Assembly: GCA_964545575.1 (NCBI GenBank)
Contig: CAZJFL010000004.1
Span: 9,512-73,511 of the forward strand
Length of the DNA: 64,000 bases
Origin: an uncultured Planctomycetales bacterium
GTDB lineage: Bacteria; Omnitrophota; Gorgyraeia; Gygaellales; Profunditerraquicolaceae
Reading direction: 5' to 3'
Shown here: positions 55,224-64,000 of the stretch, in pieces
Layout of the letters: every line of letters begins with the position of its first letter
How positions within the stretch are numbered: position 1 is the first letter of the stretch
Made by a program: the position numbers and the translations under genes
The notes under the pieces: generated by a model
The model's database searches: none
Seen by the model: only the letters and a program-made list of their open reading frames with translations
What the model was told of the DNA's origin: nothing

Positions 55224-57101
55224 ATGCTTTACGACCGTTTTCAGCAGGAGGCAATCGAACATATCAATAACGGCCATTCCGTAATCGTCTCCGCCCCTAC
55301 CGGAGCCGGCAAGACCGCGATTGCCGAACACATTATCAATGAGTGCATCCAGCGTAACGTCGGAGTAATCTACACCGCCCCCATTAAAGCCCTCTCTAAC
55401 CAGAAGTTCCGCGATTTCCAGGTTAATTTTAAGGATAAAATCGGAATATTGACCGGAGATGTCTCGATAAACCCGGAGGCGCCGGTCCTGATCATGACTA
55501 CCGAAATATTCCGTAACAAGATTCTGGATGAACCCGGAAGCCTCCAAAGATACTCCTGGGTCATCTATGATGAAATCCATTATATCGATAACGAAGAGCG
55601 CGGCACGGTCTGGGAAGAATCCCTGATCTTTTTACCGCCGCATATGAAGCTCCTGGCGCTTTCCGCCACAATCCCCAATATCAAAGAGTTCGCCCAGTGG
55701 CTGGAGTCGGTGCATAAAAAACCGGTGCAGGTGGTGCTTGAAGAGAAGCGGCCGGTACCACTGCACTTCTTCTTCCACTGCCAGAATGAAATCCTAGATA
55801 AGTTCGAGCAGCTTAAAAAAATGCATTACGGCCGGCCTAATAAATTACACGCCCTCATAAATTACATCCGCCAGAACGAAGGCCTTCCCTGCATCTATTT
55901 TGTCTTCGGCAGAAGGCGTGCTGAAGATTTGGCCTTTGAGCTCTACGGTTATAATTTCCTGAATGACCAAGAAAAGGCCCAAATCGCCGAGCTTTACAAT
56001 TCCCTCTGCGAGCGCTTTGACCTGGCCCACGAAAAATCCGCCGCGCATATTTATCCGCTAATTCAGCGGGGGATTGCTTATCATCACGCCGGGATGCTGC
56101 CCACCTTAAAAGAAGTGATCGAGCGGCTTTTTACCAGCCGGCTGCTGAAAGTAATATTTACCACCGAGACTTTTGCGCTGGGGATAAATATGCCCAGCCG
56201 TTCGGTTATTTTTGACGAATTGCGCAAGTTTTACGGCCGCTATGTGCGCAACTTAAAAGTGCGCGATTTTTACCAGATGGCCGGCCGCGCCGGCAGGCGC
56301 GGTATCGATAAGGAAGGCTTCATCTATTGCCGGGTCAACCTGCAGAGAATAAGACCTGAAGAAGTAAAACAGGTGCTCTACGGAAAACCCGAAGAAGTCC
56401 GGAGCCAGCTGAATACTTCCTATGCTACCATACTTAACCTTTATGAAAAATACAAGGAGGGCCTTTTTAAAATCTACCCCCTCTCCCTGCACTATTTTCA
56501 ATCCCGTAAAAACGAACAAAAAGAAGCCTTAAAGCTGATTGAGAGCAAGCTTAAACTCTTAAAAGACACAGGTTTCATCGAATCCGGATCACTCACCCGC
56601 AAAGGGCAGTTCGCCAAAAGCGTCTATGGCTACGAATTAATTCTCTCGGAATTATATACCCGGGGCGTCCTGGAACAGGTAGATGAGTTTGGTTTAGGGG
56701 TTATTGCGGCGGCAGTGGTCTTTGAACCGCGCAAACACCAGAAGATTTTGCGACTCTCTAAGCCGGCAGATAAAATCAGGAGCCTAACTGACGAGCTTTA
56801 CGAAGAAATAAAAAAGCGCGAGATAAAATACCGCATTTATCCGATCAGCAAAAAACCCTATTTTCATTTAAGCGCCTGCATGGAGGCGTGGCTGCGCGGG
56901 ACCAACTTTGATAAAATCCTGCAATGCACCGATACCGACGAAGGAGAAGTAATAAGGTATTTCCGGATGAGTATTCAGATTTTAAGGGAGATTAACAAGG
57001 CCAAGGTCGCTTCTTATATCTTAAAGGAAAGGCTCGGAGAAACCATCCGGGTGATCAAGCGCGATATCGTAGACGCCGAGAAACAACTGCGCGAAGGCTA
57101 A
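55224..57101 (+). CDS. Ski2-like superfamily 2 DEAD/DEAH-box helicase
   Basis: Walker A APTGAGKT, DEIH box, SAT, QMAGRAGRRG motif VI; only plus-strand gene in the window; 625 aa. Confidence 0.85.
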   Translation: MLYDRFQQEAIEHINNGHSVIVSAPTGAGKTAIAEHIINECIQRNVGVIYTAPIKALSNQKFRDFQVNFKDKIGILTGDVSINPEAPVLIMTTEIFRNKILDEPGSLQRYSWVIYDEIHYIDNEERGTVWEESLIFLPPHMKLLALSATIPNIKEFAQWLESVHKKPVQVVLEEKRPVPLHFFFHCQNEILDKFEQLKKMHYGRPNKLHALINYIRQNEGLPCIYFVFGRRRAEDLAFELYGYNFLNDQEKAQIAELYNSLCERFDLAHEKSAAHIYPLIQRGIAYHHAGMLPTLKEVIERLFTSRLLKVIFTTETFALGINMPSRSVIFDELRKFYGRYVRNLKVRDFYQMAGRAGRRGIDKEGFIYCRVNLQRIRPEEVKQVLYGKPEEVRSQLNTSYATILNLYEKYKEGLFKIYPLSLHYFQSRKNEQKEALKLIESKLKLLKDTGFIESGSLTRKGQFAKSVYGYELILSELYTRGVLEQVDEFGLGVIAAAVVFEPRKHQKILRLSKPADKIRSLTDELYEEIKKREIKYRIYPISKKPYFHLSACMEAWLRGTNFDKILQCTDTDEGEVIRYFRMSIQILREINKAKVASYILKERLGETIRVIKRDIVDAEKQLREG

Positions 57102-57514
57102 AACTCCAGCCTATCCCCCACCTTAATTACGTTCTGCTTAACAAAACCCGAACTTACCTCTAATACATATTTGGCTTCTGCCGCAGGCGTGATATTCTCG
57201 CAGGTTTGCCGGCAGGGCGGGATATTTTCTTTTATCTCTACTATTCTTTTTTCCGCGTCGATCCAGATCATATCCAGGGGAAAACGCATATTTTTCATCC
57301 AGAAGACATGTATTTCTTCTTCCTCGAATATAAAAAGCATTCCTTGCTTTTCGCTTAAGCTATCCTTAAACATTAAACCGCGCTCTCTGGCGGCCGGAGT
57401 TTCGGCGATTTCCGCCTTGAGGCAGACATTCTTAATACAAATTTTCTGGTGATTCTGTGCGTAAGCTTTAGGAAGAAATAAAAATAAAAAAATAAAAGTA
57501 AATATCCGCGGCAT
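57098..57514 (-). CDS. DUF192 domain protein (secreted)
   Basis: Signal peptide then a DUF192-like core (ERGLMF...GMLFIF...FWMKNMRFPLDMIWID). Confidence 0.7.
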   Translation of the reverse strand: MPRIFTFIFLFLFLPKAYAQNHQKICIKNVCLKAEIAETPAARERGLMFKDSLSEKQGMLFIFEEEEIHVFWMKNMRFPLDMIWIDAEKRIVEIKENIPPCRQTCENITPAAEAKYVLEVSSGFVKQNVIKVGDRLEF

Positions 57515-58503
57515 TAAAATGGGGAACGCCCTGCCTTAAATTTTAGGTAATCCTGAATGATCTTTTTATGGTCAAAGGCAAAATCTAACTTCAAAACCTC
57601 GCTTAATTTTACTATTCTTATTGCCTTGGCATCATCGCCTGCTTTGGGCTTACCTTCTGCCCTTACCAGAAAAACCGTGTCGATAGTGTGAAATCGCGGG
57701 TCGCGCTGGGGGTCAGAATAGGTATGAAACTGTTTTACTTCTACAGCGTCCAAATTTGTCTCTTCTTTTACCTCCCTAATTACCGCCTCCTCTAAACTCT
57801 CGCCGTAATCCAGGAAGCCGCCGGGCAGGGCAAAGCCAAAAGGCGGGTTGCTGCGCTCGATCACCACAATCCCATCATCCCCGCCTGCCGGCGAGACGGG
57901 AATCTCAATGATAGCATCTGCCGTCATAAAAGGCCCCTGCTGTAATTTCCGGGTAACATAATCAAGATAGCTTATCACTCCTTTATTAAAGACGTCATAA
58001 GCCTCTAAATCGTACAGGCAGAAGATTATCTCTTTTAAGCTGGTCTTATTTTCACGCAGGTGCTTTAACACTTCCTGGGCCATGATTTTGGCGGATGCCA
58101 ACAGAGGAAATCCGCCTACGCCGCAGCCTAAGGCCGGAAAAGCGATTGATTCTATCTTTAATTCTTCGGCGACTTCCAAAGCGCTCTTACAGGAATTCCT
58201 GATTTTGATTTCATCAGTTTCGAAAATCCCTGCCTGCCGGCAGGCAGGCATCCCCATAGTCGCGGCATGGATTACATATTTAGCCGGTAAGCTCCCGGCA
58301 GAAGTAAATACCGCCTCGCCTATTTTTATGGGGCCTTTTTTTAGCGCTTCCTCCTCTATTGATTGGCCGCCCTTTTTCCTGATCGCGCCGGCAACCCCGC
58401 CGCCCATGGCTAACTTATTATTGGCGGCATTGACAATAGCCTCAACTTTTAATTCCGTAATATCGCCTTGGCAGATTTTAATTTCGGTCTCTTTAATCAG
58501 CAT
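57514..58503 (-). CDS. Macro domain (ADP-ribose binding/deacetylase-like) fused to NUDIX hydrolase
   Basis: N-terminal macro (CQGDITEL..AIVNAAN..GGGVAGAI); C-terminal Nudix box GGFLDYGESLEEAVIREVKEETNL; palindromic element in-frame in the macro domain. Confidence 0.75.
   Translation of the reverse strand: MLIKETEIKICQGDITELKVEAIVNAANNKLAMGGGVAGAIRKKGGQSIEEEALKKGPIKIGEAVFTSAGSLPAKYVIHAATMGMPACRQAGIFETDEIKIRNSCKSALEVAEELKIESIAFPALGCGVGGFPLLASAKIMAQEVLKHLRENKTSLKEIIFCLYDLEAYDVFNKGVISYLDYVTRKLQQGPFMTADAIIEIPVSPAGGDDGIVVIERSNPPFGFALPGGFLDYGESLEEAVIREVKEETNLDAVEVKQFHTYSDPQRDPRFHTIDTVFLVRAEGKPKAGDDAKAIRIVKLSEVLKLDFAFDHKKIIQDYLKFKAGRSPF
58222..58255. repeat. Solitary core palindrome CCTGCCTGCCGGCAGGCAGG in-frame in the macro domain (encodes MPACRQAG)
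   Basis: Seen directly at 58229-58248. Confidence 0.9.
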
Positions 58504-59016
58504 TTATAGATTTTTATAAATCCCCTGGTAGCCCTGCGCGGTTTCGTTAATTTTGGTAAAGACCAATTGCGCGACCCGGGCATTCTGCTTAATTTTTATT
58601 CCTTTGGGGTTCTGGATGACTAACACAAACTCGCTTCTTCCTTTAAATCCGGCATCCCAAACGCCGTGCTGGGTAAAAGCGCCCATTCTTAAAAGAGAGG
58701 TACGGCTAAAAGCCATAGCGATTAGATCATTCGGCAAGTTAACCGTTTCGTTGGTCTTTATTTTATAGACGCCTTTTTTCAACTGCCACCAGCCGAATTT
58801 ATCAACCGGTTTTATTTTACGCGGACGGATTTCTCTATCCGGCGGAATTACTCTTTCTTTATTGGAGAAATCCAAAGCCCCGGCGCCCTTAAATTCGTAA
58901 ATACCGGCTACGGTTAAATCAAAGCCGTTAGGCGTAACCTGGGTCTCCAAATCAATATAACCCTGAATCAGTCTTTTCTCTTTGATCAGACGGTTGATTT
59001 CTTCGCGGTTAAGCAT
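58504..59016 (-). CDS. dcd: dCTP deaminase/dUTPase-family protein (Dcd-like)
   Basis: Alignable to the Dcd core (LPNDL..SRTSLLRMG...GVWDAGFKG...AQLVF). Confidence 0.65.
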   Translation of the reverse strand: MLNREEINRLIKEKRLIQGYIDLETQVTPNGFDLTVAGIYEFKGAGALDFSNKERVIPPDREIRPRKIKPVDKFGWWQLKKGVYKIKTNETVNLPNDLIAMAFSRTSLLRMGAFTQHGVWDAGFKGRSEFVLVIQNPKGIKIKQNARVAQLVFTKINETAQGYQGIYKNL

Positions 59017-59019
59017 ATT

Positions 59020-59214
59020 TTAAGCCTTAAGCTTTTTCCAGACAAAAATGATGAACTTACCCAATAGCCAGATGGAGAATATCACAAAGAAAAACATTAA
59101 CAACACCTTTAGGACTAAACCTAATACCACCAATAGTGGAAAAAGCAGGAGCCCTAAAACCCCCAATATTGCCACCGCCAAAATAAATAACAAACCTATC
59201 AAAAATGCTTTCAT
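59020..59214 (-). CDS. Small hydrophobic membrane protein (64 aa, two predicted TM helices)
   Basis: ORF tightly packed between dcd and cca in the same strand array; no family assignable. Confidence 0.35.
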   Translation of the reverse strand: MKAFLIGLLFILAVAILGVLGLLLFPLLVVLGLVLKVLLMFFFVIFSIWLLGKFIIFVWKKLKA

Positions 59215-59229
59215 CTTTCTCCTTTCTTA

Positions 59230-60840
59230 CTATTTTACCAGCCTTTTTGCCGCTACTAGGGCCTGTTTTTTGGTTTTAATCTTGCCGATTGCCTGTAGCT
59301 CCTCTATTTCGGACAGGATCTTCCCGATTAAGGGGGAAGGGGTTAATTTTAATCTCTCTATCAGGTCGTCGCCGTTAATCAGCCGCGGCAGCTTCTTTTT
59401 TTCCTTAAGTTTTTTGAAGTATTCGCGGATTAAGTTAAAACATACCTTTTCATGAGTGATACGCGATTCGTCCGACGTCAAAGGCCCGCGGGTGGCGCGC
59501 TGGTCGGCGATGGAAATCAAAAGCGTGCTTACGCCTTCTCTTGCCGCATCGCGGAAATACCTAAACTTTGCCCGCGCGCTGATATCCTCGTTATCAGCCA
59601 AGTATCCGGGGCGCAGATGCCAGAAGATCATTTTTTCCAAGGCCTGTAGTTCGTCATTGGAAAGTTTCAGGCGCTTGGCAACGACTTCCATGATGTCCGC
59701 ACCGATACGTTCGTGGCCATGAAACATAGTTTTACCTTCCTGGCGGCGGCGGGCCTGCGGTTTTCCGATATCGTGTAAAAGCGCTCCTAATTTTATCAGG
59801 GCGCGGCGTTTCCTTTCGGCGCAAATTATCTCGTTCAGGTAATCCCGTATATCTTTGTTGTTTTTATTCCCCTCTAGCACGCTTTCCAGCTGTTTTATCG
59901 TCTCTAAAGTATGCTTCCAGACATCCAAATGGTGATACGGCCCCTGCTCCACCCCCCGCATCAGCTCAATCTCCGGGATGATTATTTTTAAGATGCCGAG
60001 TTGGTCTAATTTTAGCAGGTGCCCGAAAGCGTCCGGCCGCTCTAAAATCTTAAACAATTCATCACGGATGCGCTCGCAGGAAATTCCGGAGAGTTTTCCT
60101 TTCTTTACTTTTACTAATTTTAATGTCTCTTTATCAATTCCGAAACCGAATATAGCGGATAAACTGAAGGCGCGTAAAATCCTTAAAGGGTCTTCGTCAA
60201 AAGCCTTTTTTGCTACCATGCGGATAATCTTTGCCTTTAAATCTTTTCTCCCGCCGCGCGGGTCAATTAATTTATCATCTAAATTTCCGGCGAGTATATC
60301 CTCTAACCCCAAAGCCATGGCGTTGACGGTAAAATCACGGTGCAGGAGGTCAGCGTTTAAATCTTTGCCGCGTAAATCGGTAAAATCCAGGGTATAAACC
60401 TTATCTTTAATTCTTTTTACTAAGCGCGCGCAGCCGTGCTCCTTGTCTAAAACTACGAACCCGGCCCGGATCTGCTCCCTCAAGGCCCGGGCAAAGTTGA
60501 TCGCCCCTTTTTTAAGACAAAAATCTATATCCGGATTATCCTTTTCTCTCTTTAACAGGATATCGCGCAGATACCCACCGACCAGATACAGTCTTACCTT
60601 CTTTGCCCTAGCAAATCGCTGGATGTCTTTTAGCAGATTTTTTACTTCCGGAGCTAATGTATGAGTCATAGAATAATTATGCTGTTTAGCGGCTGTCTTG
60701 TCTTGTTTCTCGCAGGGGCGCTCATTTTGCCCCAGCGTGGCAAAATTTCGCTCGGCCTGCGGACCCTCGCTCTCGCCGAGCATTCGATAGCGGGCGAACC
60801 GTGCCCCCTCGGGTTCCTCGGACGCCCTGCTCGAAATCAA
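59230..60840 (-). CDS. cca: CCA-adding enzyme / poly(A) polymerase family tRNA nucleotidyltransferase with HD domain
   Basis: Pol-beta NTase motif LVGGYLRDILL...DIDF; C-terminal HD (HDIGK). True start probably MTHTLAPE (~60669); the upstream extension is GC-rich and structured. Confidence 0.8.
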   Translation of the reverse strand: MISSRASEEPEGARFARYRMLGESEGPQAERNFATLGQNERPCEKQDKTAAKQHNYSMTHTLAPEVKNLLKDIQRFARAKKVRLYLVGGYLRDILLKREKDNPDIDFCLKKGAINFARALREQIRAGFVVLDKEHGCARLVKRIKDKVYTLDFTDLRGKDLNADLLHRDFTVNAMALGLEDILAGNLDDKLIDPRGGRKDLKAKIIRMVAKKAFDEDPLRILRAFSLSAIFGFGIDKETLKLVKVKKGKLSGISCERIRDELFKILERPDAFGHLLKLDQLGILKIIIPEIELMRGVEQGPYHHLDVWKHTLETIKQLESVLEGNKNNKDIRDYLNEIICAERKRRALIKLGALLHDIGKPQARRRQEGKTMFHGHERIGADIMEVVAKRLKLSNDELQALEKMIFWHLRPGYLADNEDISARAKFRYFRDAAREGVSTLLISIADQRATRGPLTSDESRITHEKVCFNLIREYFKKLKEKKKLPRLINGDDLIERLKLTPSPLIGKILSEIEELQAIGKIKTKKQALVAAKRLVK

Positions 60841-60934
60841 ACCAAGCCATCCGCTAAAGATAAATTAAACTATCAAAATGAATCTGGCGGGTTTTCGAGC
60901 GAATGGAGGTTTTAGCTAATCGCCAGATTAGATA

Positions 60935-61102
60935 TTTTGCGGAGGGATTTGTGAGCGTGCAATAAGAAATTTTTTGGCAGGAGTGCACAAGGATTCACGA
61001 GGAACGAAGGACGCGTATCCGCGTAAGCATACTGTCCGTAGTGACGAGTAAACCGTAGTGCACGGCAAAAAATTTCCGCACGCGAACAAACCCGCAGCAA
61101 AA
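60935..61102 (-). repeat. ~166-bp TIR element, copy 2 (inverted relative to copy 1)
   Basis: Direct alignment to copy 1; substitutions are clustered. Confidence 0.85.
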
Positions 61103-61112
61103 TATCTATATT

Positions 61113-61523
61113 TTACTTCTCTTTATTAAATATCTCAGACTGCTTGAGCACCGAGTCATCCACGAATATCGGCGCACGGGCGCGCACCGCCAGGGCAATG
61201 CTGTCAGAAGGGCGGGCATCGATGATTTTTTCCTCTCCGGAGCTGGTCTTTAGCACTAGTTTTGCATGGAAAGTATTCTCTTCCAATTTATCGATAATCA
61301 CGCGCTCGATAGTCGCCTCTAAATGCTTGATGGTGGTGTGCATTAAATCGTGGGTCAGCGGCCGGGGCGGATTAAAGCCGCTGATCTTTAATTTTATCGC
61401 TGAGGCCTCGGCTAGGCCGATCACAATAGGCAGGATCCTCTCGCCGCCCTTTTCTTTAAGCACAATCAGCTGGTCATGCCTTTTTTCATCAATCACAATT
61501 TTACTCAATTCCATCTCTAGCAT
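61113..61523 (-). CDS. Bifunctional nuclease family protein (BFN, DUF151)
   Basis: ILPIVIGLAEASAI...PRPLTHDLM signature of DUF151. Confidence 0.7.
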   Translation of the reverse strand: MLEMELSKIVIDEKRHDQLIVLKEKGGERILPIVIGLAEASAIKLKISGFNPPRPLTHDLMHTTIKHLEATIERVIIDKLEENTFHAKLVLKTSSGEEKIIDARPSDSIALAVRARAPIFVDDSVLKQSEIFNKEK

Positions 61524-61538
61524 AGATGAATCTCCCCT

Positions 61539-62009
61539 TTATTTACGCTTCGGCTTATCTTTATTCAAAATATCTTTTAACTCCACCATAAACTGCCCGA
61601 CGTCCTTAAACTGCCGGTAAACTGAGGCAAATCTTACGTAGGCCACGTCGTCTAAGCCTTTTAGCTTTTCCATCACCAACTCTCCGATTCTGGTAGAATA
61701 AACCTCGCGGTCTGATTTTTTCTGAATTGCCCGCTCGACAAGCGTAGCAATATCCTCCATCTTCTCCATGCCCACCGGCCTTTTTTCGCAGGCCTTGGTA
61801 ATGCCGGCTAATAGTTTCTTACGGTCAAAGGGCTCGCGCCTGCCGTCTTTCTTAATCACCATTAAAGATACTTCCTCGATATATTCGTAGGTGGTAAAAC
61901 GCTTGCCGCATTTTAAACATTCGCGCCTGCGCCGGACAGCAGATTCCTCTGCCGTGGCACGCGAATCTACGACTTTATCTTCTTTATAGCCGCAAAAAGG
62001 ACACTTCAT
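61539..62009 (-). CDS. nrdR: Transcriptional repressor NrdR
   Basis: N-terminal Zn ribbon MKCPFCG...CLKCGKRF and ATP-cone; 156 aa. Confidence 0.9.
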   Translation of the reverse strand: MKCPFCGYKEDKVVDSRATAEESAVRRRRECLKCGKRFTTYEYIEEVSLMVIKKDGRREPFDRKKLLAGITKACEKRPVGMEKMEDIATLVERAIQKKSDREVYSTRIGELVMEKLKGLDDVAYVRFASVYRQFKDVGQFMVELKDILNKDKPKRK

Positions 62010-62521
62010 GTCTTTCTTACTTTTATCTTGGCTTCCTTAAAGAACTTCTTTGCTAACTCATCAGGATACCCTGCCGCGATGACCACTTCTTTAATGCCGG
62101 CGTTGATCAGCATTTTTGCGCAAATCACGCAGGGTTGGTTAGTCAAATATAAGGTGCTGCCTTTGGTGCTTACGCCGTAAAGTGCCGCCTGTAAAATTAC
62201 GTTCTGTTCGGCATGCAGCCCGCGGCACAACTCGTGGCGTTGTCCGGAAGGGATTTTTAATTTCTCCCGGATACAGCCGGTCTCAAAACAATGTGCCAAG
62301 CCCGAGGGCGCGCCGTTATAGCCGGTGGCTAAAATCTTCTTGTCCTTGACCAAAACCGCGCCGACGCGACGTCTCAGGCAGGTCGCTCTTTTGGAAACCA
62401 AATTCGCTACCTCTAAAAAATACTCATCCCAACTTGGTCGATTGTGAATCATCTGCTTGCGACCACCCGCCAAATCTTTGGTGGCGGGATGGCGATTATG
62501 CGCTTGTTTTTTATTTTTCAT
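62006..62521 (-). CDS. dCMP (deoxycytidylate) deaminase
   Basis: CDA zinc motifs HAEQN and PCVICAKM; 171 aa. Confidence 0.85.
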   Translation of the reverse strand: MKNKKQAHNRHPATKDLAGGRKQMIHNRPSWDEYFLEVANLVSKRATCLRRRVGAVLVKDKKILATGYNGAPSGLAHCFETGCIREKLKIPSGQRHELCRGLHAEQNVILQAALYGVSTKGSTLYLTNQPCVICAKMLINAGIKEVVIAAGYPDELAKKFFKEAKIKVRKT

Positions 62522-63771
62522 TTTTCCTTCAACTCCGGATATAAGGGGAACCTTTTGGTTAAAGCTAAAACTTCCTTTTTGATTTTTTCTAATTCTTGCG
62601 GGCTGTCGCTTACCTCTATCGCCTGATCAATAAAACCCGCTATCTGGCGCATTTGAAACTCTTTCATCCCGCGGGTAGTTACTGCCGGCGTCCCCACGCG
62701 TATGCCGCTGGTTACGGCTGCTCCCTTTTTATCAAAAGGAATCAGGTTTTTATTCACGGTGATACCCGCCTGCTCTAATACCGCGGAGGCATCGGCTCCG
62801 GTAATTCCCTTCTCCGTCAAATCTACCAGCATCAAATGCGTATCTGTGCCGCCGGAGACGATACGAAATTCTTCTTTCGCTAAGGCCTTGGCAAGTTCCC
62901 GCGAATTTCTTACGATTTGCCTTTGATAATTCCTGAATTTCGGGGTCATTGCCTCGCGAAATGCTACGGCCTTGGCAGCAATCACGTGCATTAACGGCCC
63001 ACCCTGTATGCCGGGGAAAATTTCCATATCGATTTTTTTGGCGAATTCTTTGCGGCAGAGCACAAATCCTCCGCGGGGGCCGCGTAAAGTTTTATGGGTA
63101 GTAGAGGTGACAAATTCAGCGTAAGGAACGGGCGTTGGATGGATGCCCGCGGCAACTAATCCGGCGATATGCGCCATATCTACAAAAAGATAGGCCCCGA
63201 CCTTATCACAAATTTTCCTGAAAATCTTAAAATCCATTTTCCTGGGGTATGCCGAAGCCCCGGCTAAAATCATTTTAGGCTTATGCTTTTTAGCCAAATC
63301 CATAATCAAGTCGTAATCCAGCATCTCGGTTTTTTTATTCACCCCGTAGGTAACTATTTTATAAAACATCCCGGAGAAATTATGCGGATGGCCGTGGGAC
63401 AAATGCCCCCCGCAGGCTAGATCCATCGCCAACACCGTATCACCCGGCTCAACCGCAGCCATATACACTGCCATATTTGCCTGAGTCCCGGAGTGCGCCT
63501 GCACATTAGCATGCTCTGCGCCGAATAATTTCTTTACCCGCTCGATAGCTTTTGTTTCCGCCTGATCCACGTATTCGCATCCGCCGTACCAGCGCCGGTG
63601 CGGGTAGCCCTCGGCATATTTATTAGTCAGGACCGAGCCTTGCGCCTCCAGGACTGCCAAAGAGGTGAAGTTCTCCGAGGCGATCAGCTCTAAATTGTCC
63701 TCCTGCCTTTCGATTTCATTTTTTATCGCCTGATATATTTCCGGATCGATTTTTTTGATATGTTTCATCAT
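62518..63771 (-). CDS. glyA: Serine hydroxymethyltransferase
   Basis: PLP-Lys region [13 protein letters not shown]-terminal IELIASENF; 417 aa. Confidence 0.93.
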   Translation of the reverse strand: MMKHIKKIDPEIYQAIKNEIERQEDNLELIASENFTSLAVLEAQGSVLTNKYAEGYPHRRWYGGCEYVDQAETKAIERVKKLFGAEHANVQAHSGTQANMAVYMAAVEPGDTVLAMDLACGGHLSHGHPHNFSGMFYKIVTYGVNKKTEMLDYDLIMDLAKKHKPKMILAGASAYPRKMDFKIFRKICDKVGAYLFVDMAHIAGLVAAGIHPTPVPYAEFVTSTTHKTLRGPRGGFVLCRKEFAKKIDMEIFPGIQGGPLMHVIAAKAVAFREAMTPKFRNYQRQIVRNSRELAKALAKEEFRIVSGGTDTHLMLVDLTEKGITGADASAVLEQAGITVNKNLIPFDKKGAAVTSGIRVGTPAVTTRGMKEFQMRQIAGFIDQAIEVSDSPQELEKIKKEVLALTKRFPLYPELKEK

Positions 63772-64000
63772 TTTTGCCTAACACCTCTCTCTATTTGTTT
63801 GATTTGATTCAGGCGCCGGGCATGCCTGCCGCCTTTAAATTTAGTCTTCAACCAGACGGATATGATTTTTTTGGCTTGGCCCTCCTTGGTGAATAATGAA
63901 CCTAATATTAAAACGTTACTGTCATTATGCTCACGCGACAGGCGGGCAGCTTGGGTGTTATAACATAATGCCGCGCGCACGCCAGGCAGCCGGTTTAAGA
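63768..64000 (-). CDS. rpiB: Ribose-5-phosphate isomerase B (C-terminal part; gene runs off the window end)
   Basis: RpiB/LacB C-terminal region VLILGSLF...[11 protein letters not shown]. Confidence 0.6.
   Translation of the reverse strand, partial: LNRLPGVRAALCYNTQAARLSREHNDSNVLILGSLFTKEGQAKKIISVWLKTKFKGGRHARRLNQIKQIERGVRQK

Noticed and set aside
55188-55580. 130-aa minus-strand ORF
   Set aside because: Antisense to the 5' end of the well-supported helicase gene; no homology.
58504-59016. dCTP deaminase as an anti-phage nucleotide-depletion effector
   Set aside because: The protein is small (170 aa), lacks the extra N-terminal domains of defence-type dCTP deaminases, and sits near nrdR/dCMP deaminase. 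More likely housekeeping Dcd; kept only as a low-weight possibility within the neighbourhood finding.

Overview
This is a 64-kb bacterial chromosomal segment, about 50% GC, in which 65 of 66 confidently called genes are on the minus strand and many have 4-bp start/stop overlaps (long co-directional operon arrays). It probably comes from an uncultivated diderm (LPS-producing) lineage; I cannot name the taxon from sequence alone.

Gene content in order:
- ruvB, scpA, trpS, infB, nusA, rimP
- the conserved proS-ispG-rseP-dxr-cdsA-uppS block
- a GH57 alpha-glucan branching enzyme with its DUF4912 partner
- an OmpA-like lipoprotein pair, purA, an HMGL-like synthase, serA plus a class-V aminotransferase
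- clpP-tig and the kdsD-kdsC-lptC/A-lptB operon read in reverse order
- kdsA-kdsB-hldE(kinase)
- a large LPS-core cluster made of fused GT9 heptosyltransferases, a GT4, GT4-GT9 and LpxL-ELM1 fusions, lpxK and waaA
- an unusual signalling/secretion cluster (STAS, TPR-K+ channel, CsgG-like, REC, STAS-PilZ)
- a secreted serpin, then xerD-topA-dprA-aroK, spoVG, aroC, a thermonuclease, and a lone plus-strand Ski2-like helicase
- DUF192, a Macro-NUDIX fusion, dcd, CCA-adding enzyme, a BFN nuclease, nrdR, dCMP deaminase, glyA and partial rpiB

No rRNA, tRNA or CRISPR array was found.

Most striking non-genic signals:
- A family of perfect or near-perfect 20-21-bp palindromes (CCTGCCTGCCGG[A]CAGGCAGG), often flanked by GAACYCT heptad repeats or GCCAAACC/CATTGCCTTGC arms. 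It occurs at least 7 times. At least five copies sit in-frame inside long, otherwise intact CDSs (fused GT9-GT9, GT4, LpxL-ELM1 fusion, TopA as flank-only heptads, Macro-NUDIX), and two are intergenic. This behaviour is reminiscent of Rickettsia palindromic elements.
- A roughly 166-bp element with imperfect terminal inverted repeats, present in 3 copies (one truncated at the window start). Two copies are in inverted orientation and bracket about 28.7 kb.
- A (GTCGATA)x4 heptanucleotide microsatellite inside ispG.
- Several structured intergenic hairpin arrays.
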